The position numbers were made by a program, and so were the translations under genes. This document shows, piece by piece, positions 40,812 to 51,371 of a DNA stretch of 64,000 nt. The notes below the pieces were generated by a model, which made no database searches, had not been told where the DNA came from, and was given only the letters and a program-made list of their open reading frames with translations. The stretch comes from Gammaproteobacteria bacterium. Its GTDB lineage: Bacteria; Pseudomonadota; Gammaproteobacteria; JBCCGL01. The first letter of the stretch is position 1. Every line of letters begins with the position of its first letter. The DNA lies in NCBI GenBank assembly GCA_965277715.1, contig OZ255836.1:2784001-2848000 (forward strand), given 5' to 3'.

Positions 40812-41327
40812 ATGCCAAGCAATAGCCTATCGCTACTTTCGTTAGAAATTCATGTCGAGATTTGGCAAGTAGTTATAGGATATACATGCGTTGTGATCTT
40901 TATTGCAACTGCAATTTTGACCTTACTTGCAATCTCAGGCGTACATGCGTTAGCAGATAAGAAATATCGAGACTATTTGTTTAAAGTGCTTGTACTAGAG
41001 ATTGTCGCAATCGCAATGCTCGTATTTTCCGATATAGCGCGTATAACCCCTCCAAGTTCAATATCTATTTATCCTGTCGAAAGCGCAGCTTTGGGATGCG
41101 ATACAGGAAGACCAGAAGCATTTTGTAATATCGGTGATATTGCTGTCTCAGGCGGGGGGCAGTGTGGGTTTTGCGGAGGTGTAGGGCGTTTCGAAGCTAC
41201 TTTTCCAATAGCTAAAGATATTGGCGGCATAAATAGAAGTGGCTGGAGTATACAGTGTGATGAAAATGGCGATAACCGATATGATGGCGGCAAGGCTATT
41301 GTTTACTGTCAAAAAATCGGGCCCTAA
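40812..41327 (+). CDS. Gene cassette: two-TM protein with Cys/Gly-rich C-terminal domain
   Basis: RBS GGGAGG before ATG 40812; FCNIGDIAVSGGGQC...GWSIQC...VYC. Confidence 0.7.
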   Translation: MPSNSLSLLSLEIHVEIWQVVIGYTCVVIFIATAILTLLAISGVHALADKKYRDYLFKVLVLEIVAIAMLVFSDIARITPPSSISIYPVESAALGCDTGRPEAFCNIGDIAVSGGGQCGFCGGVGRFEATFPIAKDIGGINRSGWSIQCDENGDNRYDGGKAIVYCQKIGP

Positions 41328-41409
41328 CAAAGCAATTGCACGCAGACGTCAAAAAGCGTCGCTCGTTCCTCGCTATGCTTTTTGTCTCCGATGAATTGCG
41401 GCGTTATGT
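41322..41409 (+). other. Integron attC site
   Basis: R'' CCCTAAC ... GCAATT/AATTGC and AAAAAGC/GCTTTTT arms ... R' GTTATGT, 88 bp. Confidence 0.88.
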
Positions 41410-41671
41410 CCATTTCAAATTTCAAGAAATTTCAAGAGGAATTTTAAGAACAGACACTATATGAAGAACTACAAAATTCACCTAAAAATAAAAAATAGTA
41501 TTTAGAGTAATCAACCCTGGCTTTTTTTATCTATATTGCGAATTATTCAGCGTGATGGCCCAGTTATTGGGCTTTTTTTTATTAATAAATTTTTTCAGAC
41601 AAGGTAAAAACAGCCCACTGTGAATGGGGTGAGAAAATCCAAGAAATTAGAAGAGTAAAGCGGTTGAATGA

Positions 41672-41908
41672 CTATCCGGTATCAGCAGCAATTACCCTGT
41701 GAGATAACGCCTTCCAATAACGTGATTCAAAATGCTGGGTGTTGTTTAGCCAGTTCTCTCTGTCAATGTTGAGTCGTTGCAATATTGGCGGCAGGTCTTG
41801 AGCAATATAGCCCCGCTTGTCTTGCCGAATAGCTCTACCTGTCCAGTCAACTAAAGTCAGATAGTCAGTAAAACTTAGCGGAATGCCGGTAGACGTGTCG
41901 TTAAATGG
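41672..41908 (-). pseudogene. C-terminal remnant of a different Y1/RAYT-related transposase
   Basis: DYLTLVDWTGRAIRQDKRGYIAQDLPPILQRLNIDRENW. Confidence 0.7.
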
Positions 41909-42025
41909 TCTCGGAGAAATGCAGAAGTGGTTTTAATGGGGCATTGAACTGCTGTAGTTCTTCAAAGAGTTTGTTTATGCCTGTCCCAGGAATTCAGCAA
42001 TTTGCACAGGCAGCTTAGAAAGGGT

Positions 42026-43030
42026 CTATAACAACACGCTAATGCACGTATCAAGAAATGTATGAAACCCCGGCTGATTCCCCGGATTAGCCACACAATG
42101 CCCCCAGGGCGTATCAAAAACACGCAGTTCTGCATTGGGCATATGCTGCACTTCAATGGCGTTATCCTCTGGCGGAAAATACAAATCAGAACTGCTCGGC
42201 AATAAAATTGCCTTGGCTTTAATCGCATTTAACGCTGCAACAAAGTCCCCCTGATACAACACATTCGCGCTGATATCCCCCTGCTGCCAGGTGTCTAGTT
42301 TGGCCAGTAGATTATTCGCATCCCAGTTGTTGGCGTGGTCCTCGGCCCAGTCGTCGAGCAACTCATCAAATGTCTCGAACCCCAACCTCTGGTAAAGACC
42401 TTCACGGTAAAACGTTTGCGAAAATGCCCAGCCCGCATACACCCGGCCAAACGCCTGCAAACCCGCCAGCGGTGGCGCGGTGTAATCACCACCGCGCCAG
42501 TTACTGTCTGCCTGCAAGGCGGCTTTGACGCCCTCTAAAAAGACGATATTGTGCGGAGAGGTTTTCGCCGAGGCACAAAAGGGCAGAATAGCCTGCACCA
42601 TATCGGGGTATTGTGCCGCCCACTGGTAGGCCTGGCAGCCCGCCATCGACCACCCTGCCACCAGCGCAATGCGTTTCACACCGAGCACCTCGGTCAGCAG
42701 TGTGTGCTGGCAACCGACGTTGTCCCATAGGGTAACACGCGGAAAGCGCGGGCCATCACAGGGGGCCGGAGTGTTGCTCGGCGACGACGATAAACCGTTG
42801 CCAAACAGATTGACCGAGACGATGAAATGCCGTGCTGGGTCGATTGCCCGGCCCGTGCCGAAGAAACCTTCATTGCGAATGTGTGAGCCGGTATAAAACG
42901 TCGGCAGTAACACGACGTTATCACCCGCCGCGTTTAATTCACCGTAGGTTTTATACGCCAGAAAGGCACCGGGCAATACTTCGCCGGATTGCAATTCAAT
43001 GTCACCCAGTGAGTAGGTTTGGTGGTCCAC
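42026..43030 (-). CDS. Alpha/beta hydrolase of the homoserine O-acetyltransferase family
   Basis: LAYKTYGELN, GWSMAG nucleophile elbow, DLYFPP, WGH. Confidence 0.85.
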   Translation of the reverse strand: MDHQTYSLGDIELQSGEVLPGAFLAYKTYGELNAAGDNVVLLPTFYTGSHIRNEGFFGTGRAIDPARHFIVSVNLFGNGLSSSPSNTPAPCDGPRFPRVTLWDNVGCQHTLLTEVLGVKRIALVAGWSMAGCQAYQWAAQYPDMVQAILPFCASAKTSPHNIVFLEGVKAALQADSNWRGGDYTAPPLAGLQAFGRVYAGWAFSQTFYREGLYQRLGFETFDELLDDWAEDHANNWDANNLLAKLDTWQQGDISANVLYQGDFVAALNAIKAKAILLPSSSDLYFPPEDNAIEVQHMPNAELRVFDTPWGHCVANPGNQPGFHTFLDTCISVLL

Positions 43031-43042
43031 GATGCATGTTAC

Positions 43043-44461
43043 TCAGTAGAGGCGCAGGTATTCGGCCACTTCCCAGTCGGTTACTGTCTGGTGATAGCGC
43101 TCCCACTCGTCAACTTTATAGGCGAGGTAGGATTTCAGCATGGTTGGCCCCATTACCCGCTCAATCAATCTATCGTCTTTGAGGTGTTCGAGCGCCAGCA
43201 TTAAATTGCGCGGTAGACGGCGAATACCCCGGGCCGCCATTTCCTCATCGCTAAGGGCGTACAGGTCAAAATCACTCGGCTCACCCGGCTCGGTTTTATT
43301 GCTGATGCCCTCCATTACTGCCGCCAGGGTAATGCTCAGTGACAGGTAGACGTTCATACACATATCGGCGGCCCGGTTTTCGATACAGAACCGGTTCTGT
43401 GGCAGCCGGAACTGGGCCGAACGGTTGTTGTGGCCGTAGGTAATATTGGTCGGCGCCCAGGTGACTGTGCCCCCTTCAAAGCCACCTACACGCGGCACTA
43501 GGCCATTATAGGAGTTGACTGTGGGGCAGGTGATGGCGGTTAGCGCATCCGAGTGTGCCAACAGACCGCCCACGGCGTAGCGCGATGTTTCAGACCAGCC
43601 GTTATTGCCGTCTTCAAAGACATTTTCACCGGGGTTATCCACCCTTTGCAGGGAGAAGTTGATGTGCGCGCCAGAGCGCCAGTCACCTGTAGTCGGTTTG
43701 GGCATAAAGGTGATAAACATGCCGTGATCTTTGGCAACTTCTTTCAGCAATACCCGCAGGAACACCAGGCGGTCGGCCATTTCGAGTAAGTGGGTATAGT
43801 GAAAATCCAGCTCAAATTGTGAATAAGCCCCCTCTGCCACTACATCGTGCAGGTTCCAGCCCAGCTCTTCGAGAATATCGATCAGGTCTTTCAAAAACGG
43901 CATCGAGTCGATAGAGTATTCGACATCGTAGCCAAATGCCTGGCGGCGCAATTTCGTGCCATTGGGCAGGGTGTCATCGTCCAGCGCCTTGACTGGTCTG
44001 CCATCGTCGTCCATGCGCATGGCGATAAATTCCGGCTCGATGCCTGCGTAACCCATATAGCCCGCATCTGCCGCTTCTTTAATCGTGCGTTTTAGCGTCT
44101 GCCGTGGGCATAGATTGTAGGGTTTACCCTCCCACCATAAATCCGCCATTACCCAGGCACAGGTTTGGTCCCAGGGGCAAATTACCAGGCTATCGAGGTC
44201 TGGCAGTGGCACTTGGTCTGAGTCTGCCGGGCTGAGCTCCGGCACAAATGAAATGGAATGCACCGCAAACTGTGGCCCCTTGCCCATGCACAGCGCTTCA
44301 AAGTCGCTGATCGGTACCGGCTTGGTTTTTGGAATACCAAATAAATCGATCCAGGCGGACAGGATGTACTTAACCCCCGCCGCCTCCAGCGCCGACTTCG
44401 CCTCCTGGACACGCTCTATCGATGGCAGCGCATCGGTGAAATTCTCTACATACTCAGACAT
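43043..44461 (-). CDS. Glutamine synthetase-like gamma-glutamyl ligase
   Basis: GIEPEF, SQFELD, TFMPKP, SGAHINFS, NNRSA, IENR; ATG 44461 with RBS GAGGA. Confidence 0.85.
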   Translation of the reverse strand: MSEYVENFTDALPSIERVQEAKSALEAAGVKYILSAWIDLFGIPKTKPVPISDFEALCMGKGPQFAVHSISFVPELSPADSDQVPLPDLDSLVICPWDQTCAWVMADLWWEGKPYNLCPRQTLKRTIKEAADAGYMGYAGIEPEFIAMRMDDDGRPVKALDDDTLPNGTKLRRQAFGYDVEYSIDSMPFLKDLIDILEELGWNLHDVVAEGAYSQFELDFHYTHLLEMADRLVFLRVLLKEVAKDHGMFITFMPKPTTGDWRSGAHINFSLQRVDNPGENVFEDGNNGWSETSRYAVGGLLAHSDALTAITCPTVNSYNGLVPRVGGFEGGTVTWAPTNITYGHNNRSAQFRLPQNRFCIENRAADMCMNVYLSLSITLAAVMEGISNKTEPGEPSDFDLYALSDEEMAARGIRRLPRNLMLALEHLKDDRLIERVMGPTMLKSYLAYKVDEWERYHQTVTDWEVAEYLRLY

Positions 44462-44540
44462 GGTTTTTGGTTCCTCTTGGTTTTGGTAGGTATTATCAGG
44501 ATTCGTCACTCCGGGCTTAGAGGGGGCTTAAGCACCTTAG

Positions 44541-44574
44541 ACACGCTCGTTACGATTCAACTGAGTAATTTAGG
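44541..44574. repeat. Half copy of the MITE-like palindromic element at 56165-56330
   Basis: AGCACCTTAGACACGCTCGTTACGATTCAACTGA closely matches 56297-56330; coordinates approximate. Confidence 0.55.
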
Positions 44575-44916
44575 ATTATAGATTGGCAAAAAAAGCAATT
44601 TCCATAATACCAACTGCCTGGGGCTTGTCAAAATCAAAGGTTTTCCTTGACACATTGCCGTATCATACAGGCAATGCTCTGAATCTACTGTAGCGCTTGG
44701 GGGAAACGCAGTTGCTGAATGCCTGCGCAAGCCTTTGCATGACATTCAGCCGTGGAACAGTCCTGAATCCGACAGGCTACTAATATTGACGTTTTATTTT
44801 CAAGCGGGTATTTCTATTTTGGTAACACATTCTTACGAACGGATAAATTTTTTTTGCTGCGCAGTGAATTTACGCATAGGTGGTTTTCTGGCAGGTGAGC
44901 ATGAGGCATTACAACA

Positions 44917-46644
44917 ATGCATCTAAAGACAGAAAATATTACTTTATGCTTGGCAGTTCTGTTGTTGTTGGCTGCCGCTGTCAGTTATTGGTTTGGCCCC
45001 GACAGGCAATCCAATTACCAATCGAACATTGATGCCATTCGCAGCCTTCAGCAGTTGGATAGCCAGTGGAGTATCGCCACCTTGCGTGCGCAGTCCGCTA
45101 TTGCGTCGGGTGTTGACGAAACGGCAGGCATTCTTTCCCAGGTGCGTGGATACAAAAAAGCGTTGATTGAGAGTGAGCTGGGTAGCACATTGGTCCCCAG
45201 TGCACTGAACAATCAATTGTTTGCTTTTCTTTCATTGCTGGACGCAAAGGAGGAGGCGGTTGAAGCGTTTAAATCCAATCTGGCCGTTATGCGTAGCGCC
45301 ATTAAGCATTTGCCAATTGCCTCGCAGGTATTGGTCGACAGCGCACAGAAGAATGGTTACTTCGTGTTATCCCAGCAGGCTGAGTCGATATCGGTTGCCT
45401 TGCAGCGCTATCTCCAGTCACCCAGTCAGGAGGGCCAGAGTGATATAAGGCAGCGCCTGCTTTCACTGCGGGAACACAGTGTCAGCTACCCACCCGAACA
45501 GGCGAACCCGGTGGCTAATATGCTTTCTCATATTGAGGTGTTACTGGATAGAAAAATACCTACAGATCAATTGCTTGAGCGCGCCACGAGCAATGCTGCG
45601 ACAAAAGAGGCCGCCCAGCTTATTGAAATGTATCGTGGTTTTGAGCAACACCGCAGGAGTGAGAGAGAAATCTTTGCATGGGTGCCATACGGTATTATTT
45701 TTGTATTGTTTATCTTGTTGCTGGTTTCGAGGGCCTGCTCGGTTTTAGCTAAATCCCGGTGGAAAGAAAGCGAACACAACAAGCAAAATGCCCCACTGGA
45801 CAATATGACCCCCCTGGTGCAGGTGCAAGATCAGAATGCGTTACCCGATTATCTTTTACAGGATTATTCATTACCCGTGGAGGACTCTCCTCTGCCAGAT
45901 GAATCAGATAAACCAGATAAACCAGGTGAACCGTATGAATTAGATGAACCCTATGAACCAGGTGAGCCGTATGAACTAGATGAACCCTATGAGCCAGGTG
46001 AATCAGGTCAACCGGACGAGCCAAGTGAACCAGATGATTTGGATGGGCTAAATGAATCAGGTGAGTTGGGCGAATTAGATGAATTAGACGCGCTCGATAT
46101 ATCGGTTGATCTCGATGGTGATGAAGCAGAGCCAGGGCTGGAATCAGAACCAGAGGCAGATAAACACGCCGTTGGCAAGTACTTTAATGTAAACGACAAT
46201 ATCGAGCAGGCATTGCAGATACTGGATTCCACTATTCAGCCCTATGCGTTAATTCGCAAGGTAATTGAGCCATTAGAGGATCTGCAAGGCTCGCCGGATG
46301 ACATGCTTGAAATCTGGATCAACCTGTTGAGTAATGCGGTGGAAGCAATACAGCGCGCCGATAGGGGCACGAAGGGCATGATTGCCATTGATACGTGTGA
46401 AAAGGACGGTTATATCGACGTGCTGATTCGCGATAATGGTATTGGTATGGCAGAAGACCTGGGCGATGAAATATTTCAACCGTCCTACACAACCAAGCAG
46501 GAGGAAGGGGCGGGCATGGGCCTCACCTGGGTTCAGCAGGTTGTCGACAATTACAACGGAAAAATAGTTTACAAATCGATTGCCGGCAAAGGTTCGGCAT
46601 TTAAGGTGTCACTGCCACTGGATGAAGTATCGGCCAGTGGCTAG
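44917..46644 (+). CDS. Membrane sensor (DAHL-like periplasmic domain) with HATPase_c but no recognisable HisKA domain
   Basis: Two TMs; N box NLLSNAVEA, DNGIG, YTTK, GAGMGL, GKGSAF; acidic repeat linker in place of the H box. Confidence 0.8.
   Translation: MHLKTENITLCLAVLLLLAAAVSYWFGPDRQSNYQSNIDAIRSLQQLDSQWSIATLRAQSAIASGVDETAGILSQVRGYKKALIESELGSTLVPSALNNQLFAFLSLLDAKEEAVEAFKSNLAVMRSAIKHLPIASQVLVDSAQKNGYFVLSQQAESISVALQRYLQSPSQEGQSDIRQRLLSLREHSVSYPPEQANPVANMLSHIEVLLDRKIPTDQLLERATSNAATKEAAQLIEMYRGFEQHRRSEREIFAWVPYGIIFVLFILLLVSRACSVLAKSRWKESEHNKQNAPLDNMTPLVQVQDQNALPDYLLQDYSLPVEDSPLPDESDKPDKPGEPYELDEPYEPGEPYELDEPYEPGESGQPDEPSEPDDLDGLNESGELGELDELDALDISVDLDGDEAEPGLESEPEADKHAVGKYFNVNDNIEQALQILDSTIQPYALIRKVIEPLEDLQGSPDDMLEIWINLLSNAVEAIQRADRGTKGMIAIDTCEKDGYIDVLIRDNGIGMAEDLGDEIFQPSYTTKQEEGAGMGLTWVQQVVDNYNGKIVYKSIAGKGSAFKVSLPLDEVSASG
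45898..46090 (+). repeat. 9-bp-periodic coding repeat (xEP/xEL), including a 36-bp tandem pair at 45922-45993
   Basis: PGEPYELDEPYE x2 within DESDKPDKP...GELGELDELD. Confidence 0.8.
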
Positions 46645-46698
46645 GGTGTGCTTTTATAGGCATCCGATAGGTTGCCAAAGGTCTATTGCGCCAGCCGA

Positions 46699-47280
46699 TC
46701 AATCAGTCTTGCGCCACTGCCAGCCGATCAGCAACACCAATATAGCGTAAACCAGCCCGGCAACCGCCCCATACAGGTGGGCGTCGACGATAACATTGCC
46801 ACCAGCGGCTTCCGCTGACCCCGGTAGCGGCCCCGCCCACTGTTCCCATACCAGTTTACCGGTAACGCAGAGCAACAGCACCGCGCCAAAACCACGCGCA
46901 TAGGTGGCGGTTGCCGCCACCGCACCGGCGATGATTAAACCGTGGAGCGCGCCTGAAAAACCCACATACCAATCCAGCCCGGGGTTTAGCAGTAGCAACC
47001 CCAGGCTAACCCCCAAGGCGCTGATTAGGATGATAAGCAGCCATTGCCACGCCGGGTATAAATGCCCAAACAATTGGTAGATCAGCCCCAGCCCCAGCAT
47101 ATTAAGCATCCAGTGCGATCCGTTCAGGTGGATAAAGTGTGCACTGAGCAATCGCCAAAACTCGCCATCCGACAACAGCGTGCGCTGGTAGCGCAACCAT
47201 TCAATATTGCCCACGGTTTGCAGACACAGGCAGGTCAATACCACCAACAGTGGCGGCCACCAGGCGGTTAAGCCAATCAT
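46699..47280 (-). CDS. Rhombosortase (GlyGly-CTERM rhomboid protease)
   Basis: [33 protein letters not shown]; start uncertain (47280 or 47328). Confidence 0.85.
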   Translation of the reverse strand: MIGLTAWWPPLLVVLTCLCLQTVGNIEWLRYQRTLLSDGEFWRLLSAHFIHLNGSHWMLNMLGLGLIYQLFGHLYPAWQWLLIILISALGVSLGLLLLNPGLDWYVGFSGALHGLIIAGAVAATATYARGFGAVLLLCVTGKLVWEQWAGPLPGSAEAAGGNVIVDAHLYGAVAGLVYAILVLLIGWQWRKTD

Positions 47281-47357
47281 TAAAGGTTTTTTTGGCCTGG
47301 CCGATGAACCCGCATTATGTATTCGCATATAAAAAATTGTACGGAGAGTCACCGAAA

Positions 47358-49685
47358 ATGTCGATGAAACAAAAACTGATGTTAACTCTGGTGCTGCTGG
47401 CATCGGTTCCGATGCTGGTCTCGGTGGTGGCAGGAACCTGGTTTGCCCGCGATATTGCCGGTAGTTTATTGATTGAGCAGGCTGAGGATAAGCTGACTTC
47501 GGTACGCGAATTCAAAAAGCGTGCCGTAGAGGATTTCTTTGCCAATATACGCGGGCAAATAGCCACATTTTCTGAAAACAGTACCGTCGTTGAGGCGGCA
47601 GTAAGGTTCGGTGAAGCCTATGGCGGCTTTAATTTTGAGGCGGGTGCGCTTGATCTCGCCAAGCTGCGCACCGGGCTGGAGCGTTTTTACCGTGACGAGT
47701 TTGGCAGAAAATATCAACGTGTAAACCCTGGCAGCACGATGCAGGCGAGTGCGTTGATGGCAAATCTAAGCGACAATACTATTGCCCTGCAAGCACACTA
47801 TATCAGTGAGAATACCTACCCACTGGGAGAGAAAGACAAATTATTGCGCGCAAAGGATTTATCGCTGTACAGCACGTTGCACGCAATTTACCACCCGCAG
47901 TTACAGCATTTTTTGGAAACGTTTGGTTACTACGATATTTTTATCGTTCACCCAGAGACCGGTAACGTGGTGTACTCGGTATTTAAAGAGCTGGATTTTG
48001 CCACCTCGCTGATCGATGGCCCCTATGCCAACACGGGCATAGGCGAGGCATTTCGGGCAGCCAATGCCGCGACAGATAAAAACTTTGTCTACCTGAGCGA
48101 CTTTGGTTACTACACCCCCTCCTACGAAGACCCCGCCTCGTTTATTGCCTCGCCGATTTTTGATCACTCCGGGAAAGTGGGCATATTGATCTTCCAGATT
48201 CCATCAGTGACATTGAACGCCATTATGACTAACGATAATGAATGGCAACGGGTCGGGCTTGGCGAATCGGGCGAGACGTACTTGGTCGGTGCAGATAAAA
48301 CCATGCGCTCCACCAGCCGGTTCCTGGTGGAAACCCCGCAGGCTTATTTACAGTCGATGCGTGAAGCGGGTTTAGATGAACGAAAACGGGCAACTATAGA
48401 GGCTAAAAACATATCCAGCCTGTTGCAACCGGCCAATACGGTTGGTGTGCAAAAAGCACTCAACGGTGAGACAGGGTTTGAAATTTTTCCCGATTACCGG
48501 GGAATCCCAGTGTTGTCGGCGTACACCAAGCTGGATATCCCCGATCTGGACTGGGTGATTCTCAGTGAGATGGACGAGCGCGAGGCATTTGCACCGGCAC
48601 AATACCTGTCGCAAACACTGCTTATTTCGTCGGTTAGCGTCGCCGGCCTGATGTTGGGTGTGGCGGTGTTGCTCGGCTGGTGGTTTACCGTGCGCCTGAC
48701 CAGCCCCATTCAGCGGCTCGAACATGAAATTGGTGAGATTGAAGCACACTCCGATCTGTCCCGGCGCCTGCACAGTAATAAGGGGGATGTCACCAATGGT
48801 ATTGTCGCGTCGTTGAACAATATGCTGGGAAAACTCAACGGGATTGTCAGTATGGTGGCACAGAGTAGTGTATCGATGGCCGATGCCTCATCGCATATGT
48901 CTGATATCAGCACGGTGACCAGCAAGGATGTACTCAAACAAAAACAGGAAACCGACCGGGTCGCCGAGGCCATGCAAAAAATGACCGGCACAGTGGCCGA
49001 TGTCGCCGCCAATGCCGACGATGCCAATAGCGCGGCCAAAGAGGCCAATACCCAGGCCAACCAAGGTAATAACGTTGTTATTTCGGCGACCCAATCGATC
49101 ACCGAGCTGGCGGGCGAAGTGCAGCGCGCCTCAGACGTGATCGCCAGGCTCGCCAACGAAACCGACAATATTGGCGGTGTGCTGGATGTGATTCGGGGCA
49201 TTGCCGAGCAAACCAATTTACTGGCGCTAAATGCCGCGATTGAGGCGGCCCGTGCCGGTGAACAGGGGCGGGGGTTTGCCGTCGTCGCCGATGAAGTGCG
49301 CACCCTGGCCAGCCGCACGCAGGAGTCCACCGAAGAAATTCAAAAGATGATCGAAGGCCTGCAAACGGGCGCACGCGATGCGGTGTCGGTCATGGAGCAC
49401 GGGCAGCAACAGGTGCAGGTCAGCGTGGCGCAGGCCAATGAAGCCTCGGAGGCATTGCAAAAAATTACCCGAGCAATGGCTGAGATTACGCGTATGAATG
49501 AGCAGATCGCGGCGGCTTCTGGTGAGCAGCGCGTGGTGACTGACGATGTCACCCGTAGTATCGACAGTATTTCCACCATCTCCGACAGTACGACCAGCAA
49601 CGCACAGCAAACCGAGCAGGCCAGTGTCGAGCTAAACCGTTTGTCCAGTGATTTGAAATTGGCGGTGGAACAGTTCAGGTTGTAG
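47358..49685 (+). CDS. Methyl-accepting chemotaxis protein (Cache-HAMP-MCP)
   Basis: [37 protein letters not shown]; start ATG 47358 with RBS GGAGAG. Confidence 0.95.
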   Translation: MSMKQKLMLTLVLLASVPMLVSVVAGTWFARDIAGSLLIEQAEDKLTSVREFKKRAVEDFFANIRGQIATFSENSTVVEAAVRFGEAYGGFNFEAGALDLAKLRTGLERFYRDEFGRKYQRVNPGSTMQASALMANLSDNTIALQAHYISENTYPLGEKDKLLRAKDLSLYSTLHAIYHPQLQHFLETFGYYDIFIVHPETGNVVYSVFKELDFATSLIDGPYANTGIGEAFRAANAATDKNFVYLSDFGYYTPSYEDPASFIASPIFDHSGKVGILIFQIPSVTLNAIMTNDNEWQRVGLGESGETYLVGADKTMRSTSRFLVETPQAYLQSMREAGLDERKRATIEAKNISSLLQPANTVGVQKALNGETGFEIFPDYRGIPVLSAYTKLDIPDLDWVILSEMDEREAFAPAQYLSQTLLISSVSVAGLMLGVAVLLGWWFTVRLTSPIQRLEHEIGEIEAHSDLSRRLHSNKGDVTNGIVASLNNMLGKLNGIVSMVAQSSVSMADASSHMSDISTVTSKDVLKQKQETDRVAEAMQKMTGTVADVAANADDANSAAKEANTQANQGNNVVISATQSITELAGEVQRASDVIARLANETDNIGGVLDVIRGIAEQTNLLALNAAIEAARAGEQGRGFAVVADEVRTLASRTQESTEEIQKMIEGLQTGARDAVSVMEHGQQQVQVSVAQANEASEALQKITRAMAEITRMNEQIAAASGEQRVVTDDVTRSIDSISTISDSTTSNAQQTEQASVELNRLSSDLKLAVEQFRL

Positions 49686-49867
49686 TGGAAATCGTTGGGC
49701 GCTAAAACTGTATGATTGGTAACTATTGGCGATACAGGGCACTGCACTGTTCGTGATATTCTGGTAAATTGCTGAGATTAAATACACTTTGCACGATCTT
49801 CTGACGTTCTCTTGGTGAGCGCGTGTGAAGCAACGGAACATAAAGATAGCATTGAATTGGAACCAAC

Positions 49868-50311
49868 ATGACCAGAAAAACACCTGAAAAATGCCCCCGT
49901 CGGCAACACGGCTTTACCCTGATTGAAATCATGGTTGTGGTAACCATTCTAGCGATACTGGGTGCCACTGTGGTGCCGTTGATTCTCGACCGCCCGGATC
50001 AGGCGCGAGTGGCTAAAGCCACTCAGGACATCCGCGCTATCGAAGCGGCGCTGGATCTGTATAAGCTCGATAACTTCAACTACCCCACCTCCGATCAGGG
50101 CTTGCAGGCGCTGGTCGAACCGCCCAGCGATGGCGCCCCCAACTGGAAAGACGGTGGCTACCTAAAAAAAATACCCAAAGACCCGTGGGGGCGTGACTAT
50201 CTGTTTCTCAGTCCGGGTGAAAATGGGCCGATAGACATCTACTCACTGGGCAGGGACGGTGCATCCGGTGGCGAGGGGTTCGATGCAGATATTGGCAACT
50301 TCACCCTGTAA
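49868..50311 (+). CDS. gspG: T2SS major pseudopilin
   Basis: GFTLIEIMVV, LDLYKLDN, PKDPWG. Confidence 0.95.
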   Translation: MTRKTPEKCPRRQHGFTLIEIMVVVTILAILGATVVPLILDRPDQARVAKATQDIRAIEAALDLYKLDNFNYPTSDQGLQALVEPPSDGAPNWKDGGYLKKIPKDPWGRDYLFLSPGENGPIDIYSLGRDGASGGEGFDADIGNFTL

Positions 50312-50360
50312 CGATTGAATATCCACGACAAGGCACGCGTATTGCTGTGTAGGGCACGTT

Positions 50361-50957
50361 ATGCGGGTATCGGTTCAACGCGGCTTTACCTTAATTGAGC
50401 TACTGGTGGTGGTGACGGCCATCTCGATTTTGTCGGGTATGGCGGTGGTGAGTTTGAATATTGGTGGATACGATGACCAATTGCGCGATGAGGCGCGCCG
50501 GTTGTTTGCCCTCACCCGTATCGCTGCCGACGATGCGATTTTTAAATCCGCCCAGCTCGGTGTGCGTTTCACCCACAGCGAGTACACCTTCTACACATTG
50601 CAGGACACACCACCCGATGCCCCCGATACCAACTTTGGTGCTCAGGACGATAACGACGCGGTGGTACGTCGCTGGGTCGCGACCGAAGATCACGCGCAAT
50701 TGCACACCCGCGAGTGGCCCGAGGACATCAAACTGGAAGTGTTTGTCGAGGGCTTGCCCATCGTGCTCGACGAGCAACGCGATGCAAAAGCCGAGGCAGA
50801 TAAAACCGATTTTCGCCCCCACCTGATCTTTTTATCCAACGGCGAGGTATTGCCCGATGTCGAAGTGCGCCTGGGCAGCACAGAATCGGAAAAAACCTGG
50901 CGTGTCGGTATCGGTGAAGACGGGGTGCTGGCCTACGGGTTGGTGGACGAATCGTGA
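50361..50957 (+). CDS. gspH: T2SS minor pseudopilin H
   Basis: GFTLIELLVV; operon order. Confidence 0.88.
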   Translation: MRVSVQRGFTLIELLVVVTAISILSGMAVVSLNIGGYDDQLRDEARRLFALTRIAADDAIFKSAQLGVRFTHSEYTFYTLQDTPPDAPDTNFGAQDDNDAVVRRWVATEDHAQLHTREWPEDIKLEVFVEGLPIVLDEQRDAKAEADKTDFRPHLIFLSNGEVLPDVEVRLGSTESEKTWRVGIGEDGVLAYGLVDES

Positions 50958-51370
50958 CACAACATTGGCGACAAACCGGTTTCACGTTGATTGAAGTGTT
51001 GGTGGCCCTGGCGATTCTGGCGATAGCGATGGCGGCATTGACCTATGCGGCGGGGGGCAACACCGCCAACGCCAGCCACCTGCGTGACCGCACCATTGGC
51101 ATGTGGGTGGCGGAAAACCGGCTGGCCGAGCTGCGCATCAGTAAAGACTGGGTGGACATCGGCGCCCAGACCGGCGAGATGGAAATGGCCGGGCACAACT
51201 GGCACTGGCGCACCGTTACCGAAAAAATCGCCAACGAAGAGACACAGGAATTTATGCGGGCTGTCACCGTCGAGGTGCGTGTCAACCCCAAGCAAAAGAC
51301 CCCCAGCGCGACCCTGCATGGTTTTGTCGGCAACCCGCGCTTTAGTAGCACCGGGACGTTGACTAATTAA
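50954..51370 (+). CDS. gspI: T2SS minor pseudopilin I
   Basis: GFTLIEVLVALAILA, WVAENRLAE. Confidence 0.9.
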   Translation: MTQHWRQTGFTLIEVLVALAILAIAMAALTYAAGGNTANASHLRDRTIGMWVAENRLAELRISKDWVDIGAQTGEMEMAGHNWHWRTVTEKIANEETQEFMRAVTVEVRVNPKQKTPSATLHGFVGNPRFSSTGTLTN

Positions 51371-51371
51371 C

